From Acidimicrobiia bacterium (GTDB lineage Bacteria > Actinomycetota > Acidimicrobiia > IMCC26256 > JAENVU01): 64,000 bases of DNA. The position numbers were made by a program, and so were the translations under genes. A model generated the notes under the pieces. The model saw only the letters and a program-made list of their open reading frames with translations. It did not search any database and was not told where the DNA came from. Shown piece by piece: positions 9,284 to 17,542 of this stretch. Numbering within the stretch: position 1 is the stretch's first letter; every line of letters starts with the position of its first letter. The stretch is taken from positions 10,293-74,292 of the forward strand of contig JBBSAM010000021.1 in the NCBI GenBank assembly GCA_038252255.1, in the 5' to 3' direction.

Positions 9284-9961
9284 GTGACCAACCGGATCAG
9301 CTTCTACTTCGACCCGATGTGCCCGTACGCATACCAGACCTCGCGGTGGATTCGCACGGTGCGCACCGAGGTGGATCTGGACATCACGTGGAAGTTCTTC
9401 TCACTCGAAGAGGTGAACCGGGTCGAGGGAAAGCGCCACCCTTGGGAGCGTCCGTGGTCGTACGGCTTCGGGCAGATGCGCGTCGGCGCGCTCATCCGGC
9501 GCGAGCTGGGCAACGACGCGCTCGACCGGTGGTACGACGCGGTAGGCCGTGCGTTCTTCTATGACGGCATCAAGACTCATGTCCCGGACGAGCACGCGGC
9601 GGTGATCTCACAGGCCGGATTCGACGCGTCGTACGTGGAGCGGGCGATCGACGACCCCACCACCCTCGTCGAGGTCCGGGACGAGCATTTGGGTGCCGTG
9701 GCCCAGGTGGGTGCGCACGGCGTCCCGACGATCGTGTTCCACCCGGGCGACTACGCCGTCTACGGGCCCGTCGTCGTCCCGGCGCCCGAGGGCGAGGACG
9801 CGATCGCGCTATGGGATCTCGTGCGCTCGATGGCGAGATTCCCGTTTCTGTACGAGCTGCGCCATCCGAAGACGACTGCCGATCTCCTCCACGTCGGCGA
9901 GCAGTTCAGCACCTACCTCTCCACTCGCGACTGGAACACGATCGAGAACCCGGCGCCGTAG
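9284..9961 (+). CDS. DsbA-like oxidoreductase (Rv2466c-like)
   Basis: FYFDPMCPYAY, GVPTI, YGPV, YELR. Confidence 0.85.
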   Translation: MTNRISFYFDPMCPYAYQTSRWIRTVRTEVDLDITWKFFSLEEVNRVEGKRHPWERPWSYGFGQMRVGALIRRELGNDALDRWYDAVGRAFFYDGIKTHVPDEHAAVISQAGFDASYVERAIDDPTTLVEVRDEHLGAVAQVGAHGVPTIVFHPGDYAVYGPVVVPAPEGEDAIALWDLVRSMARFPFLYELRHPKTTADLLHVGEQFSTYLSTRDWNTIENPAP

Positions 9962-10004
9962 AGGCGGTGTTGCCGCGGCCGCGTCCGACGCCGACAATGG
10001 TCGA

Positions 10005-10538
10005 ATGCGGTGGGAGGAGTTCGAGCAGCTGGCGCCGCGCCTGGCGCAGCTCGGTCGGGCAAAGCTCGGCCAACCTGGTGTCGTGCTCGTCGCCACGATC
10101 CGCGCCGACGGGTCACCGCGCCTGAGCCCGGTGGAGCCGCTCTTCTGGAACCGTGACCTCTGGCTCTCGATGGGTTGGCAGACTCGCAAGGCACTCGACC
10201 TTCAACGCGACCCGCGCATCCTGGTTCACAGCATCGTGACCGGCAGAGAAGGGACGGGCGGCGAGTACAAGCTGCGAGGCGCGACGATCGCCGTCGCGGA
10301 TCCAGAAGTACACGAGTCCTACGCGGAGACGGTCGCATCCCAGCTCGGATGGCAACCGGAGCCGGGCCGGTTCCATCTCTATCGCGTCGACGTCCAGGAA
10401 GTGACCTTCATCCGCTGGGACTCGGCCACGAACGATCAGTACGTGACCCGATGGCCGGCCGGAGTCGAGTTCGTTCGCCGCGGGACCTCTACGACGAGTC
10501 TCGCCGGCCCGGAGCCCTTCCATGAGCTCTTGGCCTGA
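10005..10538 (+). CDS. Pyridoxamine 5'-phosphate oxidase family protein
   Basis: VATIRADGSPRLSPVE, KALDLQRDPR. Confidence 0.88.
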   Translation: MRWEEFEQLAPRLAQLGRAKLGQPGVVLVATIRADGSPRLSPVEPLFWNRDLWLSMGWQTRKALDLQRDPRILVHSIVTGREGTGGEYKLRGATIAVADPEVHESYAETVASQLGWQPEPGRFHLYRVDVQEVTFIRWDSATNDQYVTRWPAGVEFVRRGTSTTSLAGPEPFHELLA

Positions 10539-10776
10539 GCCTCGCGGTGCTCACGTGTCGACGACGTAGCAGTCTCATGGAGCTCCGGGCGCGTGCAGCA
10601 CGCTCGGGCAGTCGCCGTAGTCCCAGAGCAGCACGGCCGGCGCCACGGATCGCATTGTCGTCGACGTGGGGAGGCGACAATCGGACCGTGACCGGCGAGA
10701 CTCGCCGCCGGGTGATGAGCTGGGCGGTGCCGCGAGCGCTCACGCCACGAGGGTCGATGGATACGAGGAGAGGCAG

Positions 10777-11979
10777 ATGAGCTCAGGCGGCTTGGCCAAG
10801 GCAGGACTCGAGCGCATGCACGAGGTGATGGCCGGCCACGTCCGGAGCGGCGGTGTTCCCGGTCTCGTGTGGTTGTTCTCCCGCCGCGGCGAGGTGCACT
10901 TCGGCGAGGCCGGGGCGATCGGCGCGGAGGAGGACTACCCGGTCGCGCCCGACACGATCTTCCGGATCTCGTCGCTGACCAAGCCGGTGACCGCGGTCGG
11001 TGCGCTGATCCTGGTCGAGGAGTGCCGGCTCCGCCTCGACGACCCGGTCGACCCGTGGTTGCCCGAGTTGGCCGGCCGGCGGGTGCTCGCCCGTAGCGAG
11101 GGCTCGTTGGCCGACACGGTGCCCGCGCAGCGCCCGATCACGTTGCGGGACCTGCTCACGTTCCGCATGGGCACGGGGTACGACTTCGGGGGCGGTGGTG
11201 GCCAGGAGGTGCTCGCGGCCATGGCCGAGCTCGGGCTCGGAGTCGGCCCGCTGCGACCAGCCGACGTGCCCGCCCAGGACGAATGGATGCGGCGGCTCGG
11301 GACCCTGCCCTTGATGTACCAGCCCGGTGAACGCTGGCTCTACCACACCAGCGCGGACGTGCTCGGTGTGCTCGTCGCCCGCGCCTCGGGCCAGTCGCTC
11401 GAGTCGTTCCTCGCCGAGCGGATCTTCGAACCGCTCGGCATGACGGACACCAGCTTCTCGGTGCCGGCGCGCAAGCTGAACCGCTTCGGTCCCTGCTACT
11501 GGACGAATCCCGACACGGGTGCCCGCGAGCTGTTCGACCCGTCCGCCGGCCAATGGAGCCGGCCGCCCGCGTTCGCCTCGGGCGGCGCCGGACTCGTGTC
11601 GACGGTGAACAACTACCGGGCCTTCGCCGAGATGCTGGCGAGCGACGGGATCCATCGCGGCCAACGGATTCTGTCGCGGCCCTCCGTCGAAGCGATGACG
11701 ACGAACCACCTCACCGCGCGCCAGCTGGCCGCGTCGGGACCGGATCCGTCGGGCGCGCTGGGCTGGGGCTACGGAGTAGGAGTCCAGATCGCGCGGACGA
11801 GCCCGGCGCGGTCGGTCGGTACGTACGGCTGGGACGGCGGCCTCGGCGCGCAGTGGGCGAACGACCCGGCCGAAGGCGTCATCGGCGTCCTCATGACGAG
11901 CCAGGCTTGGAGCTCGCCGGTCCCTCCACCGGTGTGCACAGACTTCTGGACCTGCATCTACGCCGCCATCGAGGACTGA
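10777..11979 (+). CDS. Serine hydrolase (beta-lactamase class C-like esterase)
   Basis: SxxK in FRISSLTKP, LLTFRMG, QPGERWLY, GWDGGLG; RBS GAGGAG. Confidence 0.92.
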   Translation: MSSGGLAKAGLERMHEVMAGHVRSGGVPGLVWLFSRRGEVHFGEAGAIGAEEDYPVAPDTIFRISSLTKPVTAVGALILVEECRLRLDDPVDPWLPELAGRRVLARSEGSLADTVPAQRPITLRDLLTFRMGTGYDFGGGGGQEVLAAMAELGLGVGPLRPADVPAQDEWMRRLGTLPLMYQPGERWLYHTSADVLGVLVARASGQSLESFLAERIFEPLGMTDTSFSVPARKLNRFGPCYWTNPDTGARELFDPSAGQWSRPPAFASGGAGLVSTVNNYRAFAEMLASDGIHRGQRILSRPSVEAMTTNHLTARQLAASGPDPSGALGWGYGVGVQIARTSPARSVGTYGWDGGLGAQWANDPAEGVIGVLMTSQAWSSPVPPPVCTDFWTCIYAAIED

Positions 11980-11996
11980 CCTCGAGCTCGCCGGAA

Positions 11997-13007
11997 TCAG
12001 GACGCTGGGGCGAGCTCGATGACGGAGAGGTCTCCGGCGGGGTGCGCCGCCACGAGTCGCAGACCTGCGCCGGAGGCGATCGCGACGATGTCGCCGACGC
12101 CACGCTCCCGGCCGCCGAAGTAGACGAGCACCCGCAGGTCCATGCTGGTGCGCGGCGACTCACCGTCGATCCCCGTCTTCTCGACGACGAAGACGCGGCC
12201 GGTTGCCCCCGCGGCTTCGGCGCACCGCCGCAAGATCTCCCGAGCTGAGTCGTCGTCCCAGTCGTGGAGGATGGCGGACAGCAGGTAGGTGTCGGCGCCG
12301 ATCGGCAGCGCATCGAAGAAACTGCCCGCCACCACGTCGCTGCGGCCGTCGAGACTTGCCGTGGCCAGGGTCTCTCGGGCCGCGGCGGCAGTCGCGGGTT
12401 GGTCGAAGACCGTGCCGCGCAGCGTTGGATGGGCCCGGAGCAGTGCGGCCAGGAGCGTGCCGTTCCCTCCGCCGACGTCGACGACGTGGGTACGCGATCC
12501 CCAGTCGTACGCGGCGATCACGGGGAGCGCCCAGACCGAGACGTCCGCGCCCATCTGCGCGTCGTAGGACGCCTGCCGCGGCGAATCCCCGGCCAGGTCG
12601 TCCCAGAAGGGCAGGCCGAACTGCTCGGGAAACGCCGCTCGACCGGTGCGCACCGAGTGGAGCAGCTGCACGAACGCCAGGTCGCCCCGGCCGATCGCGT
12701 CGTCCATGTCCAACACGGCGCGGAGACCCGAAGGATGATCATCCCGCAGCGCCTCGCCGCCGGCGGTGAGCGAATAGCGGCCCGACTCGTCACGCCCGAG
12801 CACGCCCGCGGTGACGAGGTGCCGCAGCACCCGATCCAGCGCGCCGGCATCGACCCCCTCGGCCCCGGCCAGCTCGGTCGCGGTGTCGAGGCCACGACGG
12901 ATGTGGTCCGCGACGTGCAAGGTCGCCGCGACCCGTACCGCCATCGGCGTGACGAGGTCCGCAGCCAACCACAGCGCGGCGCCCGACCGATCGTCCGCGA
13001 TCCCCAT
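11997..13007 (-). CDS. SAM-dependent O-methyltransferase (dimerisation + Methyltransf_2)
   Basis: [24 protein letters not shown]. Confidence 0.92.
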   Translation of the reverse strand: MGIADDRSGAALWLAADLVTPMAVRVAATLHVADHIRRGLDTATELAGAEGVDAGALDRVLRHLVTAGVLGRDESGRYSLTAGGEALRDDHPSGLRAVLDMDDAIGRGDLAFVQLLHSVRTGRAAFPEQFGLPFWDDLAGDSPRQASYDAQMGADVSVWALPVIAAYDWGSRTHVVDVGGGNGTLLAALLRAHPTLRGTVFDQPATAAAARETLATASLDGRSDVVAGSFFDALPIGADTYLLSAILHDWDDDSAREILRRCAEAAGATGRVFVVEKTGIDGESPRTSMDLRVLVYFGGRERGVGDIVAIASGAGLRLVAAHPAGDLSVIELAPAS

Positions 13008-13057
13008 CGCGGGATTATCGCCGGTGCGCGGGCCGGCCGGCGTGCAATGGTGCGTCG

Positions 13058-13672
13058 ATGGCGCCACGACTTGTCGTCCCCACGCTCACCGGCGATCGGG
13101 TGCAGCTCGTCCCGATAGACGAGTCCCATCTCGACGGCCTGGCCGCCGCGGCGGCAGAGGACCGGGCAACGTACGGGTTCACCACCGTGCCGGAGGGTCG
13201 CGACGGAGCAGCGAGCAACGTGAACCGTCTGCTGGCCGCCCGGGACACGGGCGAGCTCATCCCGTTCGTCCAGGTCTCGATCGCGCAGGCTCGCGCGGTG
13301 GGTGTGACGAACTACCTCACCCTCCGCTACCGCCCCGGGGTGTCGATCCCGTACGCGGTGGAGATCGGCGGGACGTGGTTGGCTGCTTCGGCGCAGCGCA
13401 CCGGGATCAACGTCGAGTCGAAGCTGCTGTTGCTCACCTACGCGTTCGAGGTCTGGAAGGTGGGACGCGTGGATCTGAAGACCGATGCCCGCAACGAGCG
13501 GTCTCGCGACGCGATAGCCGCGCTCGGCGCGACCTTCGAGGCGGTGCTTCGGAACTGGCAGCCGTCACACGTCGCGGATGAGGAAGGCCAGCTGCGGGAC
13601 TCCGCGATCTACTCGATCGTCGACACCGAGTGGCCGGTCGTGCGTGAACGGCTGCTCGCTCGACTGAGCTGA
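13058..13672 (+). CDS. GNAT (RimJ/RimL) N-acetyltransferase
   Basis: [31 protein letters not shown]. Confidence 0.92.
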   Translation: MAPRLVVPTLTGDRVQLVPIDESHLDGLAAAAAEDRATYGFTTVPEGRDGAASNVNRLLAARDTGELIPFVQVSIAQARAVGVTNYLTLRYRPGVSIPYAVEIGGTWLAASAQRTGINVESKLLLLTYAFEVWKVGRVDLKTDARNERSRDAIAALGATFEAVLRNWQPSHVADEEGQLRDSAIYSIVDTEWPVVRERLLARLS

Positions 13673-14101
13673 CTACCGGACCTCGCAGATCTCGTACACG
13701 AGGCGCTTGCCGTCGCCGGAGAGCTCGCCCTTCGCCACGGCCTGGATCCGGTTGATCCACGCGTAGCGCTCGTCGCCGGTCTCGTACAGCGGCGCCGCGT
13801 ACGCGGGGGAGGCGCCCTGTCCCTGCGAGAGGTCGAGCCGGCCCTGGTACGACGTGTAGATCAGCGCGCCGTCGTCGGTCTCGATCAGCGCGCGCACATC
13901 GAGTGTGCCGAGCATCTCGGCGCTCACGGACATCCAGTCCGCGGCGGTGCGGCCTTTCAGGTGCCCGTTCAACCGCTCACCGGTCATCTCCCACGACTCC
14001 ACCTCGACGATGACACGCAGGCCGGACGGGGTGGCCGGCATCAGGAACGGGTCGGCGAGGGTGAGGGTCGCGGTGCATAGGGGGATCAGTTCGATCGGCA
14101 T
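13673..14101 (-). CDS. DUF3237 family protein
   Basis: TPSGLR, ADW, LDVRALIETDDGALIY, YETGDERYAWIN. Confidence 0.88.
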   Translation of the reverse strand: MPIELIPLCTATLTLADPFLMPATPSGLRVIVEVESWEMTGERLNGHLKGRTAADWMSVSAEMLGTLDVRALIETDDGALIYTSYQGRLDLSQGQGASPAYAAPLYETGDERYAWINRIQAVAKGELSGDGKRLVYEICEVR

Positions 14102-14158
14102 GGCGGCAGTCTGGCCCGTCACCCCGGCGGCGGTCGCCCTGGCGGATGCCCTGGCGGA

Positions 14159-14180
14159 TCGAACAGGTGTTCGGTAAGGT
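14159..14180 (+). promoter_or_regulatory. LexA (SOS) box plus -10 for dnaE2
   Basis: TCGAAC-AGGT-GTTCGG followed by TAAGGT, 6 nt before ATG. Confidence 0.9.
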
Positions 14181-14186
14181 CGGGGG

Positions 14187-17100
14187 ATGGCCGCGGCCTA
14201 TGCGGAGCTCCACTGCCACACGAACTTCTCCTTCCTCGACGGGGCGAGCCATCCCGAGGAGCTCGTCGAGGAGGCCCATCGACTCGGGCTCTCTGCCCTC
14301 GCGGTCACCGACCACGACGGTCTGTACGGCGTGGTCCGCTTCGCGGTGGCCGCGCGCCCGCTCGGCTTGCCCACCGTCTTCGGTGCCGAGCTCACCCTCG
14401 GTGCCCGGACACGAGGCGGAGGCGAGGATTCCCCTGCTGGAGGCCAGCGCGCGAGCCGGAGCCGACCCGGAACGGTGTCCAACGGGCACGCGGATCCCGC
14501 GGGGGAGCATCTCGTCGTCATCGCCGAGGGGCCGTCGGGGTATGCGGCGCTCGCGCGCTCGATCAGCGAGGCGCAGATGCGGGGCGAGAAGGGTGCACCG
14601 AATCTCGGCTTTGGTGACCTCGCCGCCGGCGCGACGCGCGGACCGTGCTTCTTCCTGACCGGCTGCCGCAAGGGTGCGGTCCCTGCGGCACTCGTGCGCG
14701 ACGGTCCGGCTGCAGCGGAGCACGAGCTCGGTCGGCTGGTGCGCGCGTTCGGGCGGGACCGGGTGTTGGTGGAGCTGTGGGACCACGGCGACCCGATGGA
14801 CCGGCCGCGCAACGACGCGTTGGCGCGGCTCGCGGCGCGCGCCGGCGTAGAGGTGGTGGCGACGAACAACGTCCACTACGCCACTCCCGATCGTCATCGG
14901 TTGGCCCGGGCGCTCGCGGCGATTCGCAGCCGGCGCAGCCTCGATGAGCTCGACGGATGGTTGCCCGCCACACCGTTCGCGCACCTTCGGAGCCCGGGCG
15001 AGCAGCTCCGGCGCTTCGCCCGCTATCCCGGCGCGGTCGAGCGCGCGGCCGAGATCGCCGCGGCCTGCGCGTTCGACCTGCGGGTAGCCGTGCCCAACCT
15101 TCCGGACTACCCGGTCCCGGACGGCCATACCGACATGAGCTGGTTGCGCGAGCTCACCACCCGCGGCGCGTCCGTCTACTACCCGTCGACGCACCCGCAA
15201 CACGCACAGGCGCTGCGCCAGATCGATTACGAGCTCGGGGTGATCGAGCAGCTCGGCTTTCCCGGCTACTTCCTCCTGCTGCACGACATCGTCGAGTTCT
15301 GCCGGGTGAACGACATCTACTGCCAGGGCCGGGGGAGCGCGGCGAACAGCGCGGTTTGCTACGCGCTCGGGGTCACCAAGGCCGATGCGGTCGCGCTCAA
15401 CCTGCTCTTCGAACGGTTTCTCTCCACCGAGCGCGACGGCCCTCCCGACATCGACCTCGACATCGAGCACCAACGGCGTGAGGAGGTGATCCAGTACGTC
15501 TACGAGCGCTACGGACGGGACCGCGCCGCGCAGGTGGCGAACGTCATCACCTACCGGCCGCGCTCGGCGCTGCGCGAGATGGCGAAGGTCGCGGGACTGT
15601 CACCCGGTCACGCGGATGCGCTCACCCGCTGGATCGACCGTTGGCGCTCGAAGGAAGGCGCGTTCGACGACTTCCGTAGCAGCGAGGATGCGCCGCCGGT
15701 TCCGGAGCTGGTGCTCGAGCTCGCGGAGCAGGTGCAGGACTTCCCCCGCCATCTCGGCATCCATTCCGGCGGCATGGTGATGGCCGACCGGCCGCTGGTG
15801 GAGTGCTGCCCGATCGAGTGGGCCCGGATGGAGGACCGCTCGGTGCTGCAGTGGGACAAGGACGACTGTGCCGCGGCCGGCCTGGTGAAGTTCGACCTGC
15901 TCGGGCTCGGGATGCTCACGATGCTGCACCTCGCGGTGGACCTCATCCGGGAGCACGAGCAGGTCGAGGTGGATCTCGCCACCATCCCCCAGGAGCCCGA
16001 GGTCTACGCGCTGCTGTGCGCCGCCGACACGATCGGGGTGTTCCAGGTGGAGAGCCGGGCGCAGATGGCGACGCTGCCCCGCCTGCGGCCCGAGGCCTTC
16101 TACGACCTGGTGGTGGAGGTCGCGCTCATCCGGCCGGGGCCGATCCAGGGCGGCTCGGTGCACCCCTACCTCCGGCGGCGCAACGGCGAGGAGGAGGTCA
16201 CCTATCCCCACCCGATCCTCGAGGACTGCCTGCGCAAGACGCTCGGGGTGCCGCTGTTCCAGGAGCAGCTCATGCAGATGGCGATCGACGCGGCCGGCTT
16301 CACGCCGGGCGAAGCCGATCAGCTCCGTCAGGCGATGGGCTCGAAGCGCTCGAAGGAACGCATGGCCCGCATGCGCGACCGGCTCCTGGCCGGCATGGCC
16401 GAGCGCGGCATCACGGGCGCGACCGCGGAGGACATCGCGAAGAAGCTCGAAGCATTCGCGAGCTTCGGCTTCCCCGAGAGCCACTCGGTGAGCTTCGCCT
16501 ACCTCGTGTACTCGAGCTCGTGGATCAAGCTGCACTACCCGGCCGAGTTCGTGTGTGGTTTGCTCAACGCGCAGCCGATGGGCTTCTACTCGCCACACAC
16601 GCTTGTGCGCGATGCGCGCCGGCACGGGGTCGAGGTCCTCGGGCCCTGCATCGCCGCGTCACGACGGGACTGCACGCTGGAGTCACGCAGCGCCGGGGCG
16701 GGCCCGGTCGGCCAGCCCTTGCCCGGTTGGCACGCGGACCCGTCGATCCATGCGGTGCGCACCGGACTTCGATACGTCCGGGGCCTCTCCAGCGCGCTCC
16801 TTGATCGCATCGACGCCGAGCGCGCGGCAGCGCCGTTCCGCGATCTCGAGGACTTCACCCGCCGGACGGGCGCGCCGGTCGACGCGCTCGAGTCACTCGC
16901 GACCGCGGGTGCGTTCGCCTGCTTCGGGGTGGACCGGCGCGCGGGGTTGTGGGCCGCGGGCGCGTTGCGCGACGCGAAGCCCACCACGCTGCCGGGAGTG
17001 GTCACCGGGATCGAGGCGCCGCCGCTGCCGGGGATGAGCGAGGTGGAGGAGACCGCGGCCGATCTCTGGGCGACCGGGATGTCGCCGGGGCGCCATCCCA

Positions 17101-17453
17101 CGGAGTTCGTGCGCAAGGAGCTCGCGGCTGCGGGAGTGATCACCGCCGGCGCGTTGCGGGAGACCGAGGCGCGCCGCGTCGTGGAGGTCGCCGGAGTGGT
17201 GACGCACCGCCAGCAACCCGAGACCGCCGCCGGCACCGTGTTCCTCAACCTGGAGGACGAGACCGGGCTGATCAACGTGATCTGCCCGCCGGGGGTGTGG
17301 AAGCGCTACCGGAAGGTGGCCCGGGTCGAGCAGGCGTTGCGGATCCGGGGCCTGCTCGAACGTCATCAGGGTGTCATCAACGTGCTGGCCCAACGGATCG
17401 AGCCGTTGCCACTGACCCTGGCCGACGCCCTGCGCTCCCGTGACTTCCGCTGA
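14187..17453 (+). CDS. dnaE2: Error-prone DNA polymerase III alpha DnaE2 (ImuC)
   Basis: YAELHCH PHP domain, GRGSAANS, PDIDLD, FGFPESH, C-terminal SRDFR. Confidence 0.97.
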   Translation: MAAAYAELHCHTNFSFLDGASHPEELVEEAHRLGLSALAVTDHDGLYGVVRFAVAARPLGLPTVFGAELTLGARTRGGGEDSPAGGQRASRSRPGTVSNGHADPAGEHLVVIAEGPSGYAALARSISEAQMRGEKGAPNLGFGDLAAGATRGPCFFLTGCRKGAVPAALVRDGPAAAEHELGRLVRAFGRDRVLVELWDHGDPMDRPRNDALARLAARAGVEVVATNNVHYATPDRHRLARALAAIRSRRSLDELDGWLPATPFAHLRSPGEQLRRFARYPGAVERAAEIAAACAFDLRVAVPNLPDYPVPDGHTDMSWLRELTTRGASVYYPSTHPQHAQALRQIDYELGVIEQLGFPGYFLLLHDIVEFCRVNDIYCQGRGSAANSAVCYALGVTKADAVALNLLFERFLSTERDGPPDIDLDIEHQRREEVIQYVYERYGRDRAAQVANVITYRPRSALREMAKVAGLSPGHADALTRWIDRWRSKEGAFDDFRSSEDAPPVPELVLELAEQVQDFPRHLGIHSGGMVMADRPLVECCPIEWARMEDRSVLQWDKDDCAAAGLVKFDLLGLGMLTMLHLAVDLIREHEQVEVDLATIPQEPEVYALLCAADTIGVFQVESRAQMATLPRLRPEAFYDLVVEVALIRPGPIQGGSVHPYLRRRNGEEEVTYPHPILEDCLRKTLGVPLFQEQLMQMAIDAAGFTPGEADQLRQAMGSKRSKERMARMRDRLLAGMAERGITGATAEDIAKKLEAFASFGFPESHSVSFAYLVYSSSWIKLHYPAEFVCGLLNAQPMGFYSPHTLVRDARRHGVEVLGPCIAASRRDCTLESRSAGAGPVGQPLPGWHADPSIHAVRTGLRYVRGLSSALLDRIDAERAAAPFRDLEDFTRRTGAPVDALESLATAGAFACFGVDRRAGLWAAGALRDAKPTTLPGVVTGIEAPPLPGMSEVEETAADLWATGMSPGRHPTEFVRKELAAAGVITAGALRETEARRVVEVAGVVTHRQQPETAAGTVFLNLEDETGLINVICPPGVWKRYRKVARVEQALRIRGLLERHQGVINVLAQRIEPLPLTLADALRSRDFR

Positions 17454-17490
17454 TCACGGCAGTGGGTGAGATCTCATCGAGGAGGTGCCG

Positions 17491-17533
17491 CCGCCGGCCG
17501 CCGAATGTCACGGTCGGGCATTTCGGCCGGCGG
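17491..17533. repeat. Palindromic intergenic element between convergent genes
   Basis: 10-bp arms CCGCCGGCCG/CGGCCGGCGG, 23-nt spacer. Confidence 0.55.
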
Positions 17534-17542
17534 AGATCTTCG

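Noticed and set aside
8422-14101. Seven-gene block between imuB and dnaE2 as a mobile element or biosynthetic cluster
   Set aside because: Mixed orientations, no integrase, transposase or terminal repeats seen, and no core biosynthetic enzyme.
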